From Gaiellaceae bacterium (GTDB lineage: Bacteria; Actinomycetota; Thermoleophilia; Gaiellales; Gaiellaceae): 64,000 bases of DNA. Each line of letters begins with the position of its first letter. Position 1 is the first letter of the stretch. A program made the position numbers and the translations under genes. Under the pieces are notes generated by a model that worked only from the letters and a program-made list of their open reading frames with translations, did not search any database and had not been told where the DNA came from. Location of the stretch: the NCBI GenBank assembly GCA_035550275.1, contig DASZPQ010000023.1, positions 13,603-77,602 of the forward strand, read 5' to 3'. Shown piece by piece: positions 35,247-44,565 of the stretch.

Positions 35247-37069
35247 TGCGCCGCTCCTCCATTTCGACCGTTCGGCTGGGACAAGGGGAGCGTCACGGTG
35301 AACGTCGCCCCGACTCCTGGCACCCCGGCTGCGGTGATGTGGCCGCCGTGGCGCCAGACAATCTTGCGTGCAATCGAGAGCCCGATCCCGGTTCCCTCGT
35401 AGGAAGACCGCGCGTGGAGCCGCTCGAACGCGGTGAACACACGCTCTGCGTGCTTCTCGTCGAAACCGATCCCGTTGTCCTCCACGGTGATGATGCAGCG
35501 CTCGGCCGCGGTCGCTTCGGCCGCGAATCTGGGGGCTTGCTCCGGGAACACGTCGGCGTGAATGCGGACAACCGGCGGCTCGCCTTCGCGGTGGAACTTG
35601 AGCGCATTGCCGACGAGGTTCTGCATCAGCTGCCGCATCTGCGTCTTGTCCGCCTCGATCGTCGGGAGCTCGCCGAGCTCGATCTGCGCGTCCAACTCGA
35701 CGACGCGCGCCTCGAGGTCCGCGACGACGTCTCGGGTGACCTGGCCGAGATCCACCGCCTCGAACTCCTTCCCCCTGTGGGTGACCCGAGAGAAGTCGAG
35801 GAGGTCGCTGATCAGCTGCTGCATCCGCGCCGCGGCGTTGCTCATCCGCTCCAGGTCGGCGGCGGGCTCCTCGGCCAACGAATCGCCCAGCCGGTCGCGC
35901 AGCCGCTCGCCGAACATCCGGATCTTCCGCAGCGGCTCCTGGAGATCGTGTGACGCGACCGACGAGAACTGCTCGAGCTCCTCGTTCGAGCGAGCAAGCT
36001 CCTTCGCACGCTCCTCTGCTGCGGCCGACCGCTCGGCAACGCGCTCCTCGAGGGTCGCATTCACCCGGGTCAGCTCATTGTTCGTCTGCTCGAGCGCTAC
36101 GCCGGTCGCGAGGGCACGGCGGAAGAACCAGACGCTGGTCAGCCCCACCAGGGCGAAGCCGGCCAGCACGAGGTAGAGCAGCCAGCCCCTCGACCCGGCG
36201 AGCGCCGGATAGAGGGTGTTCGTCGGCACGCTGAGCACCACCCGCCAGGTCGTGCCATCGACGGGAGACGACGAGAAGTAGCGTTTCGCGCCGCTATAGC
36301 CGTAGGTGCCGTGCGTCTTCTTCTTCAGTGCCGCGATCAGCGTTGCCGCTTTCGGATACGAGCCGAATTTCAGCCCCGTGACTCCGGCGTCGGCAACGAT
36401 GCGCAAGTTGTTGTCGAGGACGAACGCCGCCCCGTTTCCGGCGGTCTGGGTCTTCGTCAAGTAGCTGCTCAAGAACGCGAAGACCGCGGTTCCATCGCTC
36501 GCCTCGATTGCGACACGCCTGCCGAACGGAGTCGTGAACGGCACCGCGTACTCGAGCAGGCTGGTGGTCTTCGACCCGCCGCTCGTCGCTGCAGCGCTCG
36601 AAAGCCAGGCATGTCCCTCCAAGGCCTCGCGAACGGGAGACGACGGCGAGGTGGTGTCAAAGTGGCTCGGCGCTCCGGGCGAGGCGGCGAGCACCTTCCC
36701 CGTCTGATCGAGGATCACGAGATAGCTGAACTTCGAGGTTGCGGCGGCCTTGGCCAGCGAGCTCGGGTCGATCGTTTGCGCGCCATAGGCCTTCGCAGCT
36801 GCCGCCTCGGAGCCGGCGAGCGAGGTGCTGAAGAGCGTCGAGGTCAGCTGAGCGGAGAGCGACGCCTCCGAGTCGAAGCGGCGTTGAGCCTCTCGCCGCG
36901 ACTCCGACTGCGAGCTCACGACGACATAGGCAAACGCGCCGGCGAGGACCAGCAACAACGCGGTGAAGGCGGCTACAAGCGCAGGCCGAGGGCCCAGCAA
37001 CCGACCTATCGGACGTAACCACGACCTTCCCATCAGCGCCCACTCTCCTTGGCTGCCGCAGAGGGGCAC
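35243..37069 (-). CDS. Sensor histidine kinase with large Cache-like extracytoplasmic domain
   Basis: TM, then an ectodomain of about 270 aa (YLVILDQTGKVLAASPG, AFVLDNNLRIVADAG), TM, a coiled coil, H-box VASHDLQEPLRKI, and HATPase DNGIGFD and GTGIGLSIARKIV. Confidence 0.85.
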   Translation of the reverse strand: MPLCGSQGEWALMGRSWLRPIGRLLGPRPALVAAFTALLLVLAGAFAYVVVSSQSESRREAQRRFDSEASLSAQLTSTLFSTSLAGSEAAAAKAYGAQTIDPSSLAKAAATSKFSYLVILDQTGKVLAASPGAPSHFDTTSPSSPVREALEGHAWLSSAAATSGGSKTTSLLEYAVPFTTPFGRRVAIEASDGTAVFAFLSSYLTKTQTAGNGAAFVLDNNLRIVADAGVTGLKFGSYPKAATLIAALKKKTHGTYGYSGAKRYFSSSPVDGTTWRVVLSVPTNTLYPALAGSRGWLLYLVLAGFALVGLTSVWFFRRALATGVALEQTNNELTRVNATLEERVAERSAAAEERAKELARSNEELEQFSSVASHDLQEPLRKIRMFGERLRDRLGDSLAEEPAADLERMSNAAARMQQLISDLLDFSRVTHRGKEFEAVDLGQVTRDVVADLEARVVELDAQIELGELPTIEADKTQMRQLMQNLVGNALKFHREGEPPVVRIHADVFPEQAPRFAAEATAAERCIITVEDNGIGFDEKHAERVFTAFERLHARSSYEGTGIGLSIARKIVWRHGGHITAAGVPGVGATFTVTLPLSQPNGRNGGAAQ

Positions 37070-37420
37070 CCGCTAGAGGTTTACATATGTACTCACAGTA
37101 TCGGCACGATCAAGCCAGTGTCCAGTTCGGCTCTCCCCATCTATCGGATGGTGTCTGCCTTTGGCAACACCTCATCTGAGTGACCGGATCCGGTCTCGGT
37201 GCGGGCCGCCCGCGGGCAGCCAGACCGGGCCGTCCGGAGCGGGGAGTGGCTCTTCCCTTGAGCCTATTCCGCTCGGGATTTCGATTCGGTGAACGGAATC
37301 GCGCGGTTCGGTGACAGAGGAAATCTGGCCCGAAAGCGTCGCTACGGTCTGCGCATCCTCTCGCGTCCATGCGGCGCCGAGAGCGTCCGGTCCTCTCACT
37401 CCTGCGCAAAGGAACCCTTC

Positions 37421-40400
37421 ATGAAACTCTTCAGCCGCGCTGCCCTGTGTGTCGTCCTGCTCTCGCTGCTCGGCGTCGTCTCCGTGACGGCGGCGAACGC
37501 GGCGGTTCCAGCCGTCGACACCGATATCCACATCAGCGAGGTCTTTGCCGACGGAGGAGCGAGTAGCGGGACGGATGCCGGGTTCCCCCATGACTTCATC
37601 GAGCTGACCAACACCGGCGCGCAGGACGAGACCCTCACGGGCTGGTCGCTCAAAGACGACACGGACTCGCACAACTATCCGATCGACGACGGCACGGTGA
37701 TCCCGGCCGGCGGATACGTCGCGTTCAACGTCGATGACAGCACGCACGCCGGCAGCTTCGGGATCGGCAAAGGCGGCGACGCGGCCCGCGTGTATGACGG
37801 CTCGACGCTCGTCGACCAGTTTTGGTTCACGGCCGCCGCAGGTGACGGCAACGACTTCGACCGCTGCTCGATCGGCGGTAGCGCGTCCGCGGTCGTCGTC
37901 TCGACCGGCATCACGCCCGGCGCGGCGAACGACTGCCCGACGCCGGCGGCCGCGCTCGCCACGGTGAAGGGCCAGCTGAAGGTCAACGAGGTGCTGGCCA
38001 GCGGCACCGGCTCCGGCGCCTCGCAGCAGCTCGATGCGATCGAGCTCTACAACACCGGCACGACCTCGGTGAACCTCGCCGGCTGGTGGCTCAGCGACGA
38101 CAAGGCCACGGACAAGGACGTCCTCCCGGCCGCGGGCAGCGTGATCGCTCCGGCGGCAGCGATCTCGTCGGGCGCGAGCCATCCGACGAACTACCTCACC
38201 TACCGGGTCGGGGCGAGCTCGACCAGCAGCTTCCTCAGCCAGGACATCTTCCTCGACAGCACCGGCGCCAACCTGCCCGGGAACAAGGACTTCGGGATCG
38301 GAGCGGGCGGCGACAACGCGGCCCTCGTCGCTCCTGACGGAACCGACGCCGACCGGCTCAGCTTCGGCAGCGATCCGGGTGCCGTCGTCGCCGCCCCGGC
38401 AAACGCCGGCGACACGATGAGCCGCTGCCCTGACGGCGCCTCGACCTGGGCCGTCGGCAGCGCAACGCTCGGCGCGACGAACGTCTGCGGCCCGGCAGGG
38501 AACCCTGCGGACACGAGCGTCAAGATCAACGAGGTCGATCGCACGAACGGGATCGTCGAGCTGAAGAACACGAGCACGACTGCGTCCGCCGACGTCAACG
38601 GCTTCAAGCTGAGCGACAACGCGGCGCAGGCGCTGACGATCGCTTCGACGAACACCGCAGTCGGCGGCAGCGCCGGCACGGCGATCCCCGCCGGCGGGTA
38701 CGCCGAAGTGTCCCTGGGGACGGCCCTCACCCCGTCGGCTGCGAGTGACACGGTCACCCTGGCCGACGGCACGACCACCGTCGACACGTCCGCCTGGACG
38801 GCGGCCTTCACGCCGTCGTGGGGACGCTGTCCCGACGGCTCGGGGGCCTTCTCGCAGACCGCCGCGATCACCGACGGCGCGGCCGGGACGACCGCCGGCG
38901 CGAACGCCTGCTCGTCGGGATCGACGACCGGCTACAACGCGATCCGCGTCAGCGAGATCGAGACGAACGGAGACCCGCTCGGCGACTGGATCGAGCTGAC
39001 CAACACCGGCAACACCGCCATCAACATCAGCGGCCTCTACCTCGCCGACAACGGCGGCACGCAGGGCGATCCGACGATCTTCCCGACCGACTCTGGCCAC
39101 TTCTGGCAGATCCCGGGCACGAATCAGATCCCGACCGACACGACGACGGCCGGCAACACGGTGCTTCCGGCGCACGGCTACCACGTCTTCTTCGAGAGCA
39201 ACACCTTCCCGTTCGGGCTGGGCAACCCCGACCAGGCGCGGATCTTCTCTCCGACCAAGGCGCTGATCGACGCGACCAGCTGGCCGCTGCACGAGTCGGG
39301 GGCCACCTACGTGCGTTGCCCCGGCGTCACGCAGGGAGTCGACTTCACCGACACCGCCGACAACGCGTCGTTCATCGACTCGTCGATCTCGACTCCGAAC
39401 GCGGCGAACGACTGCACGCCGCCGATCCGCATCAACGAGGTGCAGGCAAGCGATCCATCCGGCGCGCCGGACTGGGTCGAGCTCACGAACGTCGGCAGCC
39501 AGCCCGTGAACCTCAGCGGCTGGGTGATCGCCGACGACAAGGACAGCGACGGTGACGTGATTCCGAACGGGATCACCCTGAACCCCGGCGCGTTCGTCAC
39601 CTTCGAGCCGAACAACGAGAACGGCCAGTTCAGCCTCACCTCTCCGGCCAGCAAGCCGTTCGGCCTCGGCGCGAGCGGCGACGAAGTGCGCGTCTACGAA
39701 GCGGGCGCCTGGAACGGCACCGCCTACGTGGCGGCCGATCTTGTCGACGCCTTCGTCTTCGAGGATGCCTCGACGAAGTCCGGCGGCGCAGTGCTGCCGC
39801 AGACGCTGCTCGCCGACGGTGTCACGAAGGCGGGCGGGCCGTGGCCGGTGAACGTCGCCCAGCCGGCCAGCCCCGAGACCTACGCCCGCTGTGCGGACGG
39901 CATCAGCCAGGTGGTCGCCGACGGCACCGGTGCCTGGTCGGTCACGAGCACTCCGACGGAGGGCGCGACGAACCAGTGCAACGGCCTCTTCACCGCTATC
40001 CCGTGGCCCGACACGCACAACGGCCAGGCCGTGACGACCGCCGACAACGTCGACCTCGGCCAGAACGTCAGCGGCCTCTACTACGTCGGCGGAAACCCGA
40101 CGACGACGGCCGACGACTACATCTGGGCGATCCAGAACGGCAGCTCGGGCCTGGCCGGCGAGAACAGCGGCGATCCCGGCTCGCTCTACAAGCTCGTTCA
40201 GGACTCGAGCGGCAAATGGGGGCCGGCGCCCGGCTGGGAGTTCGGCGTGCCCGTCCGCTACCTGAACGACACGACCGGCGAGCCTGACTCCGAAGGCGTG
40301 ACGGCGGTCAACGGCAAGGTCTACGTCGCGTCCGAGCGCGACAACACGAACGACACCGTCTCGAAGATCTCGGTGCTCGAGGTGAACCCCAACAACATCG

Positions 40401-41785
40401 TCGCCCAGAACGGTGACAAGGACGGCGACCTGAACGCCACCCACGAGTGGGATCTCGGCCCGGATCTCGGGCCCAACCCGGGCACGAACCCCGAGACCGG
40501 CCTCGACCCGAACAACCCCGGTGACGCCAACCTCGGCATCGAGGCCGTGGCGTTCGTCCCGGACTCGTATCTGACGAGCGCCGGGTTCAAGGACGAGCAC
40601 ACGGGCGCGACGTACAACCCGGCGAACTACCCGAGCCACATCGACGGCGGCGTGTTCTTCGTCGGCCTCGAGAAGACCGGGAAGCTCTATGGCTACGTCT
40701 TCAACAGCGACAACACGTTCACCCGCATCGCGACGGTCAGCACCGGGTTCCAGACGATCCAGGATCTGCTCTGGGATCCGTCGCAGGACGTGCTCCGCGC
40801 GACCTGCGACAACGGTTGCCAGGGCCGGAGCTCGATCCTCGCGATCGACACGAACCCCGACGCCCACCAGGGCACGTTCCAGGTCGAGACCGTGTACTCG
40901 CGTCCCACGGGCGCCACGCAGAACCTGAACAACGAGGGCTTCACGCTGGCGCCGATCTCCGAGTGCGTCAACGGCTCCCGGGCGGCCTACTGGTCGGATG
41001 ACAGCGACGACGGCGGTCACTGGCTGCGCACCGCATCCGTCGACTGCACGGCAGACACGACGCCCCCGACGGTCACGGCCTCCGCGGTGCCGGCGGCGAA
41101 CGCAAACGGTTGGAACAACTCGAGCGTCACCGTCTCGTTCAACTGCACCGACGCGGGCTCGGGCGTCGACACGGCCGACAGCACGCTCGCCAGCCAGGTG
41201 CTGACCGCGTCGGGAACTGCCACGGGCACCTGCATCGACAACGCGGGCAACACGGCCTCCGCGAGCTACACGGCGCAGATCGACACCGTGGCTCCGACGG
41301 TCACGCTCGCCGGAAACAAGGGCAGCTACGGGATCCTCGACACGGTCGCGATCAGCTGCACCGCCGCCGACGCCCTCTCCGGCGTCGCTTCTCCCACCTG
41401 CACGGGAGCAAACGGAGCAGCGTGGACATTCGGAGCCGGGGCGCACACGTTGAACGCACAGGCGGCCGACAAGGCCGGCAACATCGGCTCTGCGTCGACG
41501 ACGTTCACGGTGACCGTGAAGCCGACCGATCTGGCGAAGCTGACGACCCAGTTCGTGACCGGCTCGGCGAAGTACGAGTCGGCGAACCCGATCAACAAGA
41601 TCGCGGTCAGTCTCCTGGTCACGATCGGAACGAACGCGGTGCTCGACCTGACGCCGTCCGTCAAGCCGGCGGCAAAAGCGCAACTGCTCGCGCTCTACAA
41701 GACCGAGCTGAACGTGCTGGTCTCCTCCGGCTACCTGACCTCGGCGCAGGAGACGACCCTGCTCGGTCTCTCCGCCGCGCTCTAA
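37421..41785 (+). CDS. Large secreted multidomain protein: signal peptide + 5 lamin-tail domains (LTD) + propeller-like central region + Ig-like domains + helical C-terminus
   Basis: Signal peptide MKLFSRAALCVVLLSLLGVVSVTAANA. Five LTD cores ([IV]xE[VI]...E[LI]xN[TV]G...GWxLxDD), for example LKVNEV...IELYNTGTTSVNLAGWWLSDD and IRINEV...WVELTNVGSQPVNLSGWVIADD. The central region (SGLYYVGG..., DSEGVTAV, IEAVAFVP, NNEGFTLAP) tentatively resembles a phytase-like esterase domain. Ig-like modules are bounded by TTPPTVTA and TVAPTVTL. ATG 37421 is chosen within ORF 37289. Confidence 0.85.
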   Translation: MKLFSRAALCVVLLSLLGVVSVTAANAAVPAVDTDIHISEVFADGGASSGTDAGFPHDFIELTNTGAQDETLTGWSLKDDTDSHNYPIDDGTVIPAGGYVAFNVDDSTHAGSFGIGKGGDAARVYDGSTLVDQFWFTAAAGDGNDFDRCSIGGSASAVVVSTGITPGAANDCPTPAAALATVKGQLKVNEVLASGTGSGASQQLDAIELYNTGTTSVNLAGWWLSDDKATDKDVLPAAGSVIAPAAAISSGASHPTNYLTYRVGASSTSSFLSQDIFLDSTGANLPGNKDFGIGAGGDNAALVAPDGTDADRLSFGSDPGAVVAAPANAGDTMSRCPDGASTWAVGSATLGATNVCGPAGNPADTSVKINEVDRTNGIVELKNTSTTASADVNGFKLSDNAAQALTIASTNTAVGGSAGTAIPAGGYAEVSLGTALTPSAASDTVTLADGTTTVDTSAWTAAFTPSWGRCPDGSGAFSQTAAITDGAAGTTAGANACSSGSTTGYNAIRVSEIETNGDPLGDWIELTNTGNTAINISGLYLADNGGTQGDPTIFPTDSGHFWQIPGTNQIPTDTTTAGNTVLPAHGYHVFFESNTFPFGLGNPDQARIFSPTKALIDATSWPLHESGATYVRCPGVTQGVDFTDTADNASFIDSSISTPNAANDCTPPIRINEVQASDPSGAPDWVELTNVGSQPVNLSGWVIADDKDSDGDVIPNGITLNPGAFVTFEPNNENGQFSLTSPASKPFGLGASGDEVRVYEAGAWNGTAYVAADLVDAFVFEDASTKSGGAVLPQTLLADGVTKAGGPWPVNVAQPASPETYARCADGISQVVADGTGAWSVTSTPTEGATNQCNGLFTAIPWPDTHNGQAVTTADNVDLGQNVSGLYYVGGNPTTTADDYIWAIQNGSSGLAGENSGDPGSLYKLVQDSSGKWGPAPGWEFGVPVRYLNDTTGEPDSEGVTAVNGKVYVASERDNTNDTVSKISVLEVNPNNIVAQNGDKDGDLNATHEWDLGPDLGPNPGTNPETGLDPNNPGDANLGIEAVAFVPDSYLTSAGFKDEHTGATYNPANYPSHIDGGVFFVGLEKTGKLYGYVFNSDNTFTRIATVSTGFQTIQDLLWDPSQDVLRATCDNGCQGRSSILAIDTNPDAHQGTFQVETVYSRPTGATQNLNNEGFTLAPISECVNGSRAAYWSDDSDDGGHWLRTASVDCTADTTPPTVTASAVPAANANGWNNSSVTVSFNCTDAGSGVDTADSTLASQVLTASGTATGTCIDNAGNTASASYTAQIDTVAPTVTLAGNKGSYGILDTVAISCTAADALSGVASPTCTGANGAAWTFGAGAHTLNAQAADKAGNIGSASTTFTVTVKPTDLAKLTTQFVTGSAKYESANPINKIAVSLLVTIGTNAVLDLTPSVKPAAKAQLLALYKTELNVLVSSGYLTSAQETTLLGLSAAL

Positions 41786-41843
41786 CCGAAGCTCGTGTCA
41801 GCGCCGCCTGCCGGTCTCGGTGGGCGGCGCTGTTACCTCCGGT

Positions 41844-43124
41844 CTAGGCGGCGACGGAGCCGACGAGCTGCCGCGACCAGTCGACCGCCTCGACATAGGC
41901 GGTCGTCATGGTGCTCACGTCGAGTGGGTTCGCGGAGGCCGCTGCGAAATCGCCCCGCTCGTGCGCGATCACGCGTCCGAGGAGGTCTCCGAGCGGCCCA
42001 GCGCCTGTGAGCAGCGCGTCGACGATGTCGGGCCCGATCGGGAGCTCCTCGATCACGTCGGCCAGCGGTCGGTCGGCAAGCGCGTCTGCGACCGAGAGCA
42101 GGCCGACGAGGAAAGCTCGTTCGGTGTCCTGGCCGGTCGCCTTCGCGAGGCTGCGGCACATGTGCGCGCGGAGGAGCGCCGTCGAGACGAGATCGGGCCG
42201 TCCGCTGCCTGCGTCGGAGAGAAGCAGCAACGTGACCCAGCTCCGAACCCGTCGCAGCCCGAGCAGGACGAGCGCATCGCGCAACGACACCACCGGCACG
42301 CGCAGGCCGACCGAAGCCGAGTTGATGTAGCGCAGCAGCCGGTAGCTGAGGGTCACGTCGGAGGCGATCAGCTCGCTCAGGTCGCTGAAGCTCGCTTCAG
42401 GGTCGTTCAGCTGCGCGGCGAGCTGCACGCGCATCGCCGCCTCCGTCGCGACGTGGGCGTTCGAGACCGTGCGAGGCGTGGAGAGGAAGTAGCCCTGGAA
42501 GAGGACGAAGCCGAGCGCCCTGCAGCGCTCGAGCATCTCGTAGGTCTCAACCTTCTCGGCGAGCAGCGTCACGTCGAACTGCTTCAACAGACGCACCTGC
42601 TCCTCGAGCTCCACATCGTCGTGCGCGAGGACGTCGACCTTCACGACGTGCGCCAGCTCGACGAGCGGCTCGAGCCCGGCCTCAAAGGAGAAGTCGTCGA
42701 GCGCGATCCGGTAGCCCTCCGACCGCAGCTGCGTGAGCGCCTCGATCACCGGGCGGCGGGCCTTCCCGGTTTCGAGCAGCTCGATCACCGTGCGCTCCGG
42801 AGGCAGGAGCGCCGCCAGGTCGCGGGTCATGAACGACTCGCCGACGTTCACCCAGACCGGCTGATCTCCGACGATCGTCTCGAGCCCGATATCCGTGAAT
42901 GCAAGCGTCAGCGCGTGAGCCGACATCGCCGTGTCGCCGATCAGGTACTTGGCGGAAGGATCGGAGCGGTAGAGCAGCTCATAGCCGCACACCGCGAGCT
43001 CAGCGTCGTAGATCGCCTGCCGGGCGAGGCTGGTGTTCTGAAACTCCGCCACGCGCCGGATAATCGACCTCGGGGTGGGCCGATTCACCTCGAGCTCGTC
43101 GTTCTGCCGGGGAATACACTCCAA
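41844..43124 (-). CDS. EAL + HDOD domain protein
   Basis: ARQAIYD...GYELLYR, ELLE, IALDDF, VKVD, LAEKVET, FQGYF, then an HDOD-like helical C-terminal half. The true start is probably GTG 43052 (VAEFQNTSLARQ), which avoids overlap with the divergent DUF1801 gene. Confidence 0.85.
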   Translation of the reverse strand: MECIPRQNDELEVNRPTPRSIIRRVAEFQNTSLARQAIYDAELAVCGYELLYRSDPSAKYLIGDTAMSAHALTLAFTDIGLETIVGDQPVWVNVGESFMTRDLAALLPPERTVIELLETGKARRPVIEALTQLRSEGYRIALDDFSFEAGLEPLVELAHVVKVDVLAHDDVELEEQVRLLKQFDVTLLAEKVETYEMLERCRALGFVLFQGYFLSTPRTVSNAHVATEAAMRVQLAAQLNDPEASFSDLSELIASDVTLSYRLLRYINSASVGLRVPVVSLRDALVLLGLRRVRSWVTLLLLSDAGSGRPDLVSTALLRAHMCRSLAKATGQDTERAFLVGLLSVADALADRPLADVIEELPIGPDIVDALLTGAGPLGDLLGRVIAHERGDFAAASANPLDVSTMTTAYVEAVDWSRQLVGSVAA

Positions 43125-43128
43125 CGGC

Positions 43129-43488
43129 GTGTCTGCCGGGGAAGTTGACGAGTATCTGCGTCGGCTCGAGGAGCCGAAACGCGGGACGCTTCAGGAGCTG
43201 CGGCGGATCATCCTCGAGATCGTCCCCGACGCAGACGAGGGGATCTCCTACCGGGTCCCAGCATTCCGGATGCGGGGCAAGGTCATCGCAGGCTTCGCGG
43301 CGTTTCAGAACCACCTGAGCTACCTGCCGTTCAGCGGCTCGGTGCTCCCGAGGCTGGCCGACGAGCTCGAGGGCTACACGAGGACGAAGAGCTCCTTGCA
43401 TTTTCCAGTCGATCGTCCGTTGCCGAAGCCGCTCGTCGAGAAGCTGATCGCCACGCGTCTCGCCGAGCTCTCAGCGCGCGGCAGGTAG
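43129..43488 (+). CDS. DUF1801 (YdhG-like) domain protein
   Basis: VDEYLRRLEEPKRGTLQELRRIILEIVPDADEGISYRVPAFRMRGKVIAGFAAFQNHLSYLPFSG matches the DUF1801 pattern. GTG 43129 is chosen within ORF 43075. Confidence 0.7.
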   Translation: MSAGEVDEYLRRLEEPKRGTLQELRRIILEIVPDADEGISYRVPAFRMRGKVIAGFAAFQNHLSYLPFSGSVLPRLADELEGYTRTKSSLHFPVDRPLPKPLVEKLIATRLAELSARGR

Positions 43489-44565
43489 CTGCACCGTGAC
43501 CCGGAGCCCGCCGGCGGCTCGGGGGGCCAGCGTGAGGATCCCGTTGTGCGCCTGGGCGATGCTGTTGACGATCGCCAGGCCGAGGCCGACACCGACGCCT
43601 GCGTGGTCGGTGCGTATGCGCTCGGTGCCGCGGCGAAATGGCTCCGCGAGCGTGGCGACAAGCTGGGGTGTGAGCTGCTCGCCCGTGTTCTCGACGGTGA
43701 GCGTCACGTTCCTGGGCTGAATGCTGGTCGTCACCCACAACGTGCCCTGGTCGGGGAGATTGTGAACGATCGCGTTCTGGACGAGGTTCGTCGTCAACTG
43801 CAGCAGGAGCGCATGTGAGCCGATCGTGGGCGTCAGCTCGCCGGAGGTCTCGATCGTGAGGCCCCGCTGTTCGGCAAGCGGCAGGAGCGTTTCGGTGGCT
43901 TCTTCCGCGATCAGCGACAGGTCGACCTGTTCCGGCGTGAAGGATCGCTGGTCGGCGCGGCTGAGCAGGAGCAATGCCTCGGTGAGATCGATCGCCCGGG
44001 TGTTGACCGTGCGGAGGCGGTCGACGAGCTCGTCCTTGTCGCAGTTCGGATCGTTACGGGCGACGTCGAGCATGGTCTGCGTGATCGCCAGCGGGGTGCG
44101 GAGCTCGTGGGAGGCGTTGGCGGCGAATCTCTGCTGCTCGGCGATGTGCGCTTCGAGCCGCGTGAGCATCGTGTCGAAGGCGTCCGCAAGTTCGCGGAAC
44201 TCATCTGTGCGGCCCTCCAAGCTGATTCGGTGGGAGAGCGACCCGCTCGCCGCGATGCGCGTGGCGTCCGTGATTCGCGTGAGGGGGGCGAGCATCCGGC
44301 CGGCGAGGAGCCATCCTCCCGCGAGACCGACGACCAGGAGGGATGCCAGCACGATCGCCGCGATCGAGCCGAAGCCGTGCAGCGGATCGGACTGGTCGAC
44401 GATGAACGACCACGATGGATGCATGTGGTAGAGCGCGCCATTCGGGATGTAGCGCAGGACGACCAGCCAGACGGCCGCCAGCATCAAGACGCCGGCGAGC
44501 ATGAGGAACCCGGCGTAGCTGAGGGTGAGCTTGAGGCGAGCGCTCATTCCAGGGGCTCTATCCAC
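43471..44565 (-). CDS. Sensor histidine kinase (module C; two TM helices with only about 30-aa external loop, HAMP, HisKA, HATPase)
   Basis: H-box NASHELRTPLAITQTM, NLVQNAIVHN, GVGVGLGLAIV. The short loop RYIPNGALYHMHPSWSFIVDQSDPLHGFG lies between the TM helices. Confidence 0.9.
   Translation of the reverse strand: MDRAPGMSARLKLTLSYAGFLMLAGVLMLAAVWLVVLRYIPNGALYHMHPSWSFIVDQSDPLHGFGSIAAIVLASLLVVGLAGGWLLAGRMLAPLTRITDATRIAASGSLSHRISLEGRTDEFRELADAFDTMLTRLEAHIAEQQRFAANASHELRTPLAITQTMLDVARNDPNCDKDELVDRLRTVNTRAIDLTEALLLLSRADQRSFTPEQVDLSLIAEEATETLLPLAEQRGLTIETSGELTPTIGSHALLLQLTTNLVQNAIVHNLPDQGTLWVTTSIQPRNVTLTVENTGEQLTPQLVATLAEPFRRGTERIRTDHAGVGVGLGLAIVNSIAQAHNGILTLAPRAAGGLRVTVQLPAAR

Noticed and set aside
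37172-41683. 1503-aa stop-free ORF on the minus strand, exactly antisense to the LTD protein gene
   Set aside because: Its translation is Arg/Gly/Asp/Val/Ala-rich low-complexity sequence with no motifs. The plus strand has a signal peptide and five recognisable LTD cores. Long antisense ORFs are expected in about 70% GC DNA, where stop codons are rare. The same reasoning rejects 51732..54434(-), 7113..9458(-), 4272..5777(+), 23103..24959(-), 936..1997(-), 2058..3260(-) and 28433..29392(+), and the many shorter shadow ORFs.
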